From positions 1 to 64,000 of IMG/VR virus record IMGVR_UViG_3300031813_000006: a stretch of 64,000 nucleotides of DNA; one strand, 5' to 3'. The notes under the pieces are model-generated. The model ran no database searches, was not told the origin of the DNA, and saw only the letters and a program-made list of their open reading frames with translations. Shown one piece after another: positions 9,136-16,663 of this stretch. The stretch is from a virus (Duplodnaviria > Caudoviricetes). The position numbers were made by a program, and so were the translations under genes. The first letter of the stretch is position 1; the number at the start of each line of letters is the position of its first letter.

Positions 9136-9283
9136 CGGATTTCATAAGATTGGGTGCCCTCCTTGGACATCAATGACCGGAAAAGAAGGATATATTGATT
9201 ATATAGTTGAATTTCATAGGCAAATGAACAAAGTTTTAGAGAATTCAAATAAAAAAAGTAGTAAATTTAACCATGACTTTTGA
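9083..9283 (+). CDS. Hypothetical protein
   Basis: 66 aa ORF. Confidence 0.5.
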   Translation: MELWEKELRERLQRQVSDGFHKIGCPPWTSMTGKEGYIDYIVEFHRQMNKVLENSNKKSSKFNHDF

Positions 9284-9383
9284 TTCTGATACTTTTAAGT
9301 ATATGATGGTTATATTTGGTAGTTTTACCGTTTATGCCATTATTATATTTTTAAGAGATGAAATGAAGCATGGTCCAGATTAA
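9273..9383 (+). CDS. Small membrane peptide (36 aa, not in ORF track)
   Basis: MTFDSDTFKYMMVIFGSFTVYAIIIFLRDEMKHGPD fills the gap before clpS. Confidence 0.5.
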   Translation: MTFDSDTFKYMMVIFGSFTVYAIIIFLRDEMKHGPD

Positions 9384-9388
9384 AAAAT

Positions 9389-9658
9389 ATGGATCATAAA
9401 CTACAAAAACTGCTTGATGAGAGCTTAGTTTTGGAAAAAGAAGCTAAAATAACGCTTATCAATGATGAGGTCAATTCTTTTGACCACGTAATTAACTGTC
9501 TCATAAAGTATTGTAAGCATGAAAGAATTCAGGCTGAACAATGCGCTCAAATTGTACATAATAAAGGAGCTTATGCTGTAAAACAAGGTGATTATGATAA
9601 ATTATTACCTATTTACCATGCATTAATTGATAATGGCCTATTGGCTGAATTAGAATAA
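9389..9658 (+). CDS. clpS: ATP-dependent Clp protease adaptor ClpS (Bacteroidota type)
   Basis: ITLINDEVNSFDHVINCLIKYCKH..QAEQCAQIVHNKGAYAVK: ClpS N-degron pocket (ND..F..V) and VH..G motif. Confidence 0.88.
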   Translation: MDHKLQKLLDESLVLEKEAKITLINDEVNSFDHVINCLIKYCKHERIQAEQCAQIVHNKGAYAVKQGDYDKLLPIYHALIDNGLLAELE

Positions 9659-9674
9659 ACTCAAACTAAAATTT

Positions 9675-10781
9675 ATGGGAAGTAATATTAACTTCTCTCA
9701 GATGTTATATAAATATGACACTACTGGGAGAATAAGAGTTTTGCATGTATTTACTGAAGGAGATGTATTAATCCAGGAGTCTGGAGTATTAGATGGAAAT
9801 CTAGTTAAGCATGAAAAAGTATGTAAACCAAAGAATGTAGGTAAATCAAATGAAACTACAGGAGCTGAACAAGCTGTATTAGAAGCAAAATCAAAAGTAG
9901 CAGAAAAACTTACTACAGGTTATTTTGATTCTATAGAGAAATTAGATGATGAAGGAAATGATGTTGTACTTCCTATGCTGGCCCATGATTATCATAAGAT
10001 GACTCAAACTGTTGATTGGGAAAAACCAGTATATTCTCAACCTAAATTTGATGGTCAACGGTGCCTTATAGTTGTAAAAGAAGGTAATGTAACATTATTA
10101 TCCCGTCAAGGGAAAGTAATAGACACCATGGAACATATTAAAGCTGAGATTGAGTCTATGGTATCTTCTAAGACTAATTTAGTTTTAGATGGTGAATTAT
10201 ACGCGCATGGTCTTAGTTTTCAAGATAATATGCGTCTAATTAAGAAATATAGACAAGGAGAAAGTGAAAAAGTTTTATACAATGTCTATGACCTTGTAGA
10301 GAATCAACCTTATCACCTAAGATTTGAAAATATTGTAAAAATCCTTACAGGTAGGAAGTTTAACTACATTGTATTAGTTAAAACTACTCCTGTATCTTAC
10401 AATACTTTAAAACATATTCATGCTCAAAACCTATCTGAAGGGTATGAAGGAACCATGATCAGACATGGAAATAGTGGTTATGAAATAAATTCCCGTAGTA
10501 AATCTTTATTAAAATATAAGGATTTTATGGATATTGCGCTTCCTATAATTAATGTAATCCCTTCTGATGCGCGTCCAACTCAGGGTGTAATAGTTTGCAG
10601 GTTACCTAATGGTCAAGCAGTTAAAGCCAATTTAAAGTTTTCACATGCTGAAAGAGAAGAAATTCTTAAAAATAAAGCTGATTATATTGGAAAAATTGCA
10701 GAACTTAGATACTTTGAAACAACAGATGATGGAAGTCTTAGGTTCCCGGTCTGCGTTGGTTTTAGGCTAACTGGAGATTAA
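9675..10781 (+). CDS. lig: ATP-dependent DNA ligase
   Basis: PMLA, QPKFDGQR (adenylated Lys), LDGELY, EGTMIR, LLKYK, LRFP. Confidence 0.93.
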   Translation: MGSNINFSQMLYKYDTTGRIRVLHVFTEGDVLIQESGVLDGNLVKHEKVCKPKNVGKSNETTGAEQAVLEAKSKVAEKLTTGYFDSIEKLDDEGNDVVLPMLAHDYHKMTQTVDWEKPVYSQPKFDGQRCLIVVKEGNVTLLSRQGKVIDTMEHIKAEIESMVSSKTNLVLDGELYAHGLSFQDNMRLIKKYRQGESEKVLYNVYDLVENQPYHLRFENIVKILTGRKFNYIVLVKTTPVSYNTLKHIHAQNLSEGYEGTMIRHGNSGYEINSRSKSLLKYKDFMDIALPIINVIPSDARPTQGVIVCRLPNGQAVKANLKFSHAEREEILKNKADYIGKIAELRYFETTDDGSLRFPVCVGFRLTGD

Positions 10782-10795
10782 CATATACAGGAAGG

Positions 10796-10827
10796 TTTGG
10801 TAATATTAAAAATTAATGCTATTTTTG
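10796..10827 (+). promoter_or_regulatory. Bacteroidota primary-sigma promoter for the LAGLIDADG gene
   Basis: TTTG (10796-99), 20 nt spacer, TATTTTTG (10820-27). Confidence 0.7.
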
Positions 10828-10844
10828 TATAAAAATAATATAAA

Positions 10845-11615
10845 ATGATACAATATTTAGCGGGAATATTTGATTCTGAAGGTTATGTAAGAATTAGAAA
10901 AATAACTTCAAAGACTACTAATAAAGTAAGTTATATTTCAGAAATAAGAATTTATATGTGTAATAAAGAAATTGTAGAACAATTTTCTAAAATATACAAT
11001 CTTAAAGTTTATACCGGAGATAGAGGTAAATATAGAAAAATAAGTTATTGTGTAATATTTAATAATAAAACATTAAATAATTGTTCATTTCTTACTGATT
11101 TATTACCTTATGTTAATGAAAAAAGACTTCAACTACAATGTGTTTTTGATTTATTAAATAATATAAAACCAAAAGAAGAATGCTATCAAGATTATTTAAT
11201 TTATAAAACTAAATTCGATCATCCTGTTATAAATATACCATCTTATGAATATTTAGCAGGTATAATTGATGGTGATGGTTGGTTTAGTATGTTTAAATCT
11301 GCAATTGCAGGTCATCCTTCAATGTATAATAAATACTCTATAGGTCTTCAACAAAGATATAGACCTATGATAGAATTTATGAGTAATTTTGGAGGATCAA
11401 CCGTTCATAAATGTAAAGTATATGATTATCAAAGTCACATACAAACTTATTCATGGCAATGTACAACAGCTTTGATATTACCTTTTATAGAAAAAATAGC
11501 TCCTTTTTTAATTGAAAAGAAAGAAAAAGCATATTTATTTATAGATTATATTAAAAAACATGAAGAATTTAAAATATTTGCAGATGAAACATTATTAAAA
11601 TATAAACATTTTTAG
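10845..11615 (+). CDS. Free-standing double-motif LAGLIDADG homing endonuclease
   Basis: YLAGIFDSEG and YLAGIIDGDG; no intron core or intein ends seen. Confidence 0.9.
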   Translation: MIQYLAGIFDSEGYVRIRKITSKTTNKVSYISEIRIYMCNKEIVEQFSKIYNLKVYTGDRGKYRKISYCVIFNNKTLNNCSFLTDLLPYVNEKRLQLQCVFDLLNNIKPKEECYQDYLIYKTKFDHPVINIPSYEYLAGIIDGDGWFSMFKSAIAGHPSMYNKYSIGLQQRYRPMIEFMSNFGGSTVHKCKVYDYQSHIQTYSWQCTTALILPFIEKIAPFLIEKKEKAYLFIDYIKKHEEFKIFADETLLKYKHF

Positions 11616-11645
11616 AAATGATCTCTAATGATTAAATGATATACA

Positions 11646-11948
11646 ATGGCACAAACAGCATTATTAATTAAAAATAGAAAAGTAGTTACAAAAAGTCATT
11701 ATGAAGGTGATAAATTAATGGCATTAGTAACTAATGCTGATGATAATTTTTCTATGATTAATGATAATCAAGCTTTAGCATTTGAAGTTGAACAGGGAGA
11801 TGAAGCTGACTTTCATACAGGGTTAAGAAAACTGGCAGATGCTGAAAATCAATTTGTTAGACAATATTCTACAAATCCTGAATGGAATCCTGAAAATCAA
11901 CCAAAACCTTTAAGTAATGAAGACAGAACCCCCGTACAAGGCTGTTAA
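11646..11948 (+). CDS. Hypothetical protein
   Basis: 100 aa ORF followed by terminator. Confidence 0.75.
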   Translation: MAQTALLIKNRKVVTKSHYEGDKLMALVTNADDNFSMINDNQALAFEVEQGDEADFHTGLRKLADAENQFVRQYSTNPEWNPENQPKPLSNEDRTPVQGC

Positions 11949-11970
11949 TAGTCCTACTGGAGATGGAAAT

Positions 11971-12007
11971 GTACTCTATGGCATAGAAAGCCATGGAGTA
12001 CTTTTTT
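11971..12007 (+). terminator. Intrinsic terminator
   Basis: GTACTCTATGGC-ATAGAAA-GCCATGGAGTAC + TTTTTT. Confidence 0.85.
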
Positions 12008-12043
12008 GTAAATTTACAATAGAACAGGATAGAGATTATATAC

Positions 12044-12051
12044 TATCTTTG
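12044..12051 (+). promoter_or_regulatory. Probable -7 promoter element for tmRNA
   Basis: TATCTTTG (TAnnTTTG) about 35 nt upstream of the tmRNA 5' end; no clear -33 box. Confidence 0.5.
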
Positions 12052-12084
12052 TTGAATGAAAAATTAAAAGAATAGCATACATAT

Positions 12085-12461
12085 GGGGTAGCCAGGCGTT
12101 TGACAGGAACTGTATATTAAAGAGTAAGCACGTATGACTAGCATTGGAAGTCATTAAAAAGCTCTATGTAAACTTGAAATGACAACTTTATTGTTGAAAA
12201 CCGTCAAGCTAGCATCTTAGATGCAGCTGGCAAATGCGCTATTTCTGCACTTGTTGCAGGTGTAGCAATTCAGGAAGAGGAATTGGCTGTAGCCTAAATC
12301 TCAACAAGTAACTCTGACTTATCTGAGTGCAAAGGATTTTATACTTTCCTTGAAAGATCTAATAAAAAGTATATCATTTTGTAAGTTTAGAAAAACTTAA
12401 TAAACGTGTAGAAGGTTTTATTATAGGTTTTTGGACCGGGGTTCAATTCCCCGCTACTCCA
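12085..12461 (+). ncRNA. ssrA: tmRNA (SsrA)
   Basis: 5' GGGGTAG pairs with 3' CTACTCC-A including the G3.U Ala identity pair; TTTGAC after the 5' stem; T-arm CGGGG-TTCAATT-CCCCG; internal tag ORF 12181-12297 ending LAVA-stop; CCA not encoded. Confidence 0.93.
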
Positions 12462-12466
12462 CTCTT

Positions 12467-12516
12467 GCAAAGAGAATATAGGAACATGATTGGTTCAAAT
12501 CCAATCTCTTTGCCCA
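12467..12516 (+). ncRNA. tRNA-like minihelix (acceptor stem + T-arm + CCA, no D or anticodon arms)
   Basis: G-CAAAGAG / 14 nt / ATTGG-TTCAAAT-CCAAT / CTCTTTG-C-CCA. Confidence 0.65.
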
Positions 12517-12532
12517 ACTAAATTAAATTAAT

Positions 12533-12748
12533 ATGAATAAAATAATAGCGTTAATCAAAAACAATCTAGCATTTACTGTTTATTTTATAGTATTTCTAAT
12601 CATTGTAGTAGGGATTATAATTAATCTCAAAGATTTCTTTTCACAACCAGTTCTTGTAATTATAGGAATGTTTGGCATTTTAGTAGGTACTTTCTACTTT
12701 ATGTATGTTAATTTCTTTAATCAAAATCCAAATGGGGGCCAAAATTAG
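12533..12748 (+). CDS. Small two-TM membrane protein
   Basis: Two hydrophobic helices. Confidence 0.7.
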   Translation: MNKIIALIKNNLAFTVYFIVFLIIVVGIIINLKDFFSQPVLVIIGMFGILVGTFYFMYVNFFNQNPNGGQN

Positions 12749-13118
12749 TATCATGTTTATGATTGCAGGTTTTGCTAAAGCAATAATGGATACTTTACAG
12801 TTTCATTATTCTACCTCAATCTTTTCTAATTTTAAATCTCAGTTTTGGGATCCATCTGTATCTTGGCAGAATAAGTATTCTAATTTAGATACTTTGACCA
12901 CTAAGAAATTGTTTTGGAATATTCCTTATCCAGTATTTTTAACTGATGCGTGGCATTTATTCCAATTTATTTTCCTTAATTCTATATTTTTGGGTATTTT
13001 TATTCTTCTTTTTGTACAGATTCAATCTATACAATGGATAATCATAACTAGTATTGCGGAAAGGATTGTATTTGGATTAAGTTTTTGGGCAGGTTATAAT
13101 ATTCTTTTAAAGAAATAG
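12732..13118 (+). CDS. Membrane protein
   Basis: AIMDTLQFHY..FWDP..SWQNKY..TDAWHLF plus TM helices. Confidence 0.75.
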   Translation: MGAKISIMFMIAGFAKAIMDTLQFHYSTSIFSNFKSQFWDPSVSWQNKYSNLDTLTTKKLFWNIPYPVFLTDAWHLFQFIFLNSIFLGIFILLFVQIQSIQWIIITSIAERIVFGLSFWAGYNILLKK

Positions 13119-13121
13119 TTT

Positions 13122-13298
13122 GCTGAAACTTTAAATCAGCTGGTGGAGATCACAGAATTCTGTTGATCCTTTATATGTGGTAAAAGGGGAACGGGAGGTG
13201 GAATCCAAAAGCCCTGTAGGTGTTAGCCAAGGCTATCTTAGGTGGACTTTAAATGGAAAACTGAAACTGCGTGTTAAACAGTCCTACTACCACATATA
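13122..13298 (+). ncRNA. Candidate structured ncRNA(s), family unknown
   Basis: GC-richer non-coding stretch with two hairpins (13122-13140, 13148-13168) and a multibranch domain closed by TATATGTGGTA/TACCACATATA (13172-13182/13288-13298). Confidence 0.55.
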
Positions 13299-13305
13299 TA
13301 AAATA

Positions 13306-13339
13306 GACCCGGGAAAAGTTAGACATTCCCGGGTTTTTT
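13306..13339 (+). terminator. Intrinsic terminator
   Basis: ACCCGGGAA..TTCCCGGGT + T-run. Confidence 0.8.
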
Positions 13340-13355
13340 ATCTAATTAATTGATT

Positions 13356-13811
13356 ATGAAAGTAAATTATTTTGGTGCACCAGGTTTAGATAAATACAAA
13401 CTCAAAGATTATAGGTATTCTTTAGAACAGATTCTTGAAAATGTTAGTCAACATACTAATATTAAGAAGGAAGATATTCTTAAAAGATGTAGAAAAGATA
13501 CTATTGTAGAAGCAAGGCAAATCTTTTGTTATATTAGTACGTGGCTTTTAGATAATCCATATAGTACAGTAAAAGTTGCTAAATTTTTAGGATTAACTCA
13601 TGGTACTGTAGTCCATAGTAGAAGAAACATTAGTAATATAATGTTAGTGGATAAAAAGTTTGCTCTTGAAATTAATACTCTTATTTTTAAAATGGGACTC
13701 AATCCTGAAAATAGAAATAGGTATATTGATTCAGAAGAATTTAGAGAAATACAAAGTTTTCATCAAAAATTAACAAATAATGCAGCCGCTAAATCAAAAA
13801 GACATAAGTGA
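13356..13811 (+). CDS. Stand-alone DnaA C-terminal (domain IV) HTH protein
   Basis: EQILENVSQHTNIKKEDIL..RKDTIVEARQIFCYI..VAKFLGLTHGTVVHS..I matches the Bac_DnaA_C pattern. Confidence 0.8.
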   Translation: MKVNYFGAPGLDKYKLKDYRYSLEQILENVSQHTNIKKEDILKRCRKDTIVEARQIFCYISTWLLDNPYSTVKVAKFLGLTHGTVVHSRRNISNIMLVDKKFALEINTLIFKMGLNPENRNRYIDSEEFREIQSFHQKLTNNAAAKSKRHK

Positions 13812-13959
13812 TGGTCATTATTATACTCTTGAATTTAGAGTAAGTAAATTATCTAGAACACAATTAGATCAAATCATGGCTTTATTACAGGATAATAATC
13901 CTCAGTATAAAGAATTTAGTAAATTACCAATTAAACCTGAACAAAAAACAAGTATATGA
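13780..13959 (+). CDS. Hypothetical protein (59 aa, not in ORF track)
   Basis: MQPLNQKDISDGHYYTLEF...; ATGA coupling to next gene. Confidence 0.5.
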   Translation: MQPLNQKDISDGHYYTLEFRVSKLSRTQLDQIMALLQDNNPQYKEFSKLPIKPEQKTSI

Positions 13960-14255
13960 TTGAAAATAAAAGACATGAATTTGATGTAATTCTTCTAGAT
14001 TTGAAACAAACTAATCTTAATGAAACATTAGGTATTGATAAAGATGCTTTTCTTACTCATAAAGTAATGATTGATTTAAATTCAGTAGATAGTTATAGAG
14101 CAGAAAGCAATGATCAAAATAAAAATGAAGTTGATGGTAGTGCAACAGTAGTGTTTACTAAATCAAATAATCTATTTTTAATTGATTACCCTTATGAAAA
14201 ATTCAAACAATTAATGGGTGATTCAAATATTAAATCAGTTACTAAATCTGTTTAA
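13956..14255 (+). CDS. Hypothetical protein
   Basis: 99 aa ORF. Confidence 0.7.
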   Translation: MIENKRHEFDVILLDLKQTNLNETLGIDKDAFLTHKVMIDLNSVDSYRAESNDQNKNEVDGSATVVFTKSNNLFLIDYPYEKFKQLMGDSNIKSVTKSV

Positions 14256-14256
14256 A

Positions 14257-14637
14257 ATGTTTCAGCCAATTACTGTTAAATATGTAAAATTCAATGATAA
14301 ATTGGTTCCAGCTACATCAACGGATAAAATCAATGAAAGCCTATTTATCAATACTGTAAAAGATGGTGATAAAGTAGAGGTTACTTATGAAATTCAAAAT
14401 GATAATCATTCTGAAGGTCAACTTAAGATGGTACATGCCATTATAAGAGAGTTATCTCTTGAATTAGGATATGAATTTAAAATTATGAAAGAGATGGTTA
14501 AGAAAAGAGCCGGCTTACAGATTAAAGAGAATAAATTCAAATCTTTTGGAAAATGTACCAAAGAAGAATTATCATTAGCTATTCAATCAGCATTAGAAAT
14601 TCAAAATTTTACTAAAGCTAATCATGAAGAATATTAA
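14257..14637 (+). CDS. NinB/Orf-like recombination protein (tentative)
   Basis: HSEGQLKMVHAIIRELS..ELGY..KSFGKCTKEEL pattern. Confidence 0.5.
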   Translation: MFQPITVKYVKFNDKLVPATSTDKINESLFINTVKDGDKVEVTYEIQNDNHSEGQLKMVHAIIRELSLELGYEFKIMKEMVKKRAGLQIKENKFKSFGKCTKEELSLAIQSALEIQNFTKANHEEY

Positions 14638-14948
14638 TCTTCTACTATTTTTTTGGATACTGTATCAAATTGTTTAGTAATAACTTTACCAGATTGTTCC
14701 GCAGCTTCTTCAAACTTACTTATTATGTATAACAAAGTAAAAAGATGATCTGCTAAAGGATCTGATTTAAAATCACCATTTTGAACTTGTTTAGATACAT
14801 TTAAGAGATGTTCTAAATCTTTAAAAGGGAGAGCGTAGAAAATAACATTTTGAATTCTTTTATGAAGATTATTGTCAAATTCTATTGTGAGTTTAACATT
14901 ATCTTCAATAATTTTTACAGGAATCAATTTTTTAGTTTCTTCAGCCAT
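14634..14948 (-). CDS. Hypothetical protein, antisense to the replication block
   Basis: 104 aa ORF; TATATTTG on - strand at 14963-14970. Confidence 0.7.
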   Translation of the reverse strand: MAEETKKLIPVKIIEDNVKLTIEFDNNLHKRIQNVIFYALPFKDLEHLLNVSKQVQNGDFKSDPLADHLFTLLYIISKFEEAAEQSGKVITKQFDTVSKKIVED

Positions 14949-14978
14949 AACAATAATTTTAACAAATATACAGAAATA

Positions 14979-15680
14979 ATGGAAATCAATGATATCAAAA
15001 CAAAGCTATATCAAAAGCTTTTGCCATCTGGGTGGGGAAATAGATTAAAAGGTTTTATTCTTAGTGAAGAATTTGATCAAATCCTTATAGCTTTGGATAA
15101 ACAAATCAAAGATGATAAAAGATTTACACCTACTTTTAAACAAGTATTTAGGTGTTTTGAAGAATGTCCCTATGATAAGTTGAAATTAGTAATGCTGTTT
15201 GATTCTCCTTATGATATGCACGGTATAGCAGATGGAATTCCTTTATCTTGTTCTCTTACTAAAGATATAGAAAACCCTCTCCGGCATGTAATGAATGAAA
15301 TAAGGACTACAGTATATAATCATGAAACCTATGATTATGATAAAGATCTTAAAAGGTGGGCCAATCAAGGAGTGTTAATGATCCATGTATCACCTACTAC
15401 ACAATTGTTTCCAGGTAAGCCTCATTTTAATATTTGGAAACCTTTTATGACCTATTTATTGGATATGCTTGATACTTACAATAATGGTCTAAATTTTGCA
15501 ATATTTGGTGAGAATGCTTTTAATAATTACAGTCAACATATTACAGGAAACATTGTAACATGTCCAAACCCTATGCTAATAAGAGGAATCCATGGAGAAT
15601 GGAATAGTGAGGATATCTTCAATAAGATAAATAAACTTATAATAGAATCAAATGGTGAATCAGAAAAGATTATTTGGTAA
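14979..15680 (+). CDS. Uracil-DNA glycosylase family 1 homolog with substituted active site
   Basis: Overall UNG pattern (VFRCFEECP..LKLVML..SPY..WANQGVL..W..F..FG); start MEINDIK. Confidence 0.85.
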   Translation: MEINDIKTKLYQKLLPSGWGNRLKGFILSEEFDQILIALDKQIKDDKRFTPTFKQVFRCFEECPYDKLKLVMLFDSPYDMHGIADGIPLSCSLTKDIENPLRHVMNEIRTTVYNHETYDYDKDLKRWANQGVLMIHVSPTTQLFPGKPHFNIWKPFMTYLLDMLDTYNNGLNFAIFGENAFNNYSQHITGNIVTCPNPMLIRGIHGEWNSEDIFNKINKLIIESNGESEKIIW

Positions 15681-16079
15681 TTAAAGATGCTGAAAAGCAA
15701 TTAACATTACCACTAGTCCTATTGAACTTAACATCCCAATTGTTCTATTTTTGATTTTAGCATCATCTTTATCTAATTTAAGGCTGATTTTATCATGTTC
15801 AATTTTATCTAAACTGATTATAGTATCTTTCTTGATGATTATTTTATTAAGTTCAACAATTTGCTTATCCTTAAGAACTACTATTTCATTAGTGTTTTTA
15901 AGTTGCAGATTAGCTGTTTTTAATAAAGAATCATTAAGAGATGCTTTAGTTAATTTTAATGCTATTTGCCTAAGAATTGTAGGTCCATAGCATTTAACAG
16001 TATCCTTACTTAAGGTTTGTGCGGATAATACTGTCCAACTCATCAATGTTAGCAGTATAAATAAAAACAAGTTTTTCAC
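15681..16079 (-). CDS. Putative spanin-like protein (signal peptide, coiled coil, C-terminal TM)
   Basis: Topology plus 74-nt overlap with the upstream TM/coiled-coil gene. Confidence 0.5.
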   Translation of the reverse strand: MKNLFLFILLTLMSWTVLSAQTLSKDTVKCYGPTILRQIALKLTKASLNDSLLKTANLQLKNTNEIVVLKDKQIVELNKIIIKKDTIISLDKIEHDKISLKLDKDDAKIKNRTIGMLSSIGLVVMLIAFQHL

Positions 16080-16320
16080 GGTAGATTATATTAGTTTTAT
16101 TCTTAAGTTGTATTAAACTGTCATTCACATCTGTTAAAGAATCAATCCTTATCTGATGACTTTTAATCTCATCACGGTATTTCTTTATAGAGTCGTTAAA
16201 TGGTTTATAATCAGGCTCTTTGATTAAATAGTGATGAAAGTTAGGGTATTCTACATGTAGAAATACACCTAAAACTAGAGCTATTAAAGCTACTATCAAG
16301 TATTTATTTAAGTTACTCAT
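16006..16320 (-). CDS. Putative inner-membrane spanin-like protein
   Basis: N-terminal TM followed by coiled coil. Confidence 0.55.
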   Translation of the reverse strand: MSNLNKYLIVALIALVLGVFLHVEYPNFHHYLIKEPDYKPFNDSIKKYRDEIKSHQIRIDSLTDVNDSLIQLKNKTNIIYREKLVFIYTANIDELDSIIRTNLK

Positions 16321-16625
16321 TTTGTGGCAGTTGGATCAGAAGTAATAGTTGTTATTGAATTTTCTGATATAGTTTGAGCATCAGTTATAGAATTTGTAGT
16401 ATCTTTATTTGCAAGATTGGCGTAAGTATTAATACCCATCAATGCAGTAATAAGACCAGACAAAATACCAAGAACAACTGCTAAATTATCCTTATTTGTG
16501 AATTTTATAGTAATAAAGGTCAGTACCCAAAATACTCCCACAGCAAGCCATTTCTTTAAACTATGTCCAAAGACGGTGTTATCCAGGGCTCCTAAAAAAT
16601 TTGTTACAAATAATGGTAGTTTCAT
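16317..16625 (-). CDS. Putative holin
   Basis: 102 aa, two TM helices after SLKKW, hydrophilic tail. Confidence 0.55.
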   Translation of the reverse strand: MKLPLFVTNFLGALDNTVFGHSLKKWLAVGVFWVLTFITIKFTNKDNLAVVLGILSGLITALMGINTYANLANKDTTNSITDAQTISENSITTITSDPTATK

Positions 16626-16663
16626 AATTAAATATTTTTTACTAAATTAAAAAAAATTATTGA

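Noticed and set aside
10845-11615. LAGLIDADG as part of an intron or intein in the ligase
   Set aside because: Ligase is complete with its own stop; no group I core or intein Cys/His-Asn ends nearby
12467-12516. Canonical tRNA gene
   Set aside because: Only 14 nt between the acceptor and T stems, so no anticodon arm; kept as tRNA-like element instead
13172-13298. SAM-I riboswitch or RNase P RNA
   Set aside because: Conserved core sequences of these families are not recognisable, and the element is too short for RNase P
14850-14978. 43-aa N-terminal extension of the UDG ORF
   Set aside because: TTG start overlapping the opposite-strand gene; UNG similarity begins after ATG 14979
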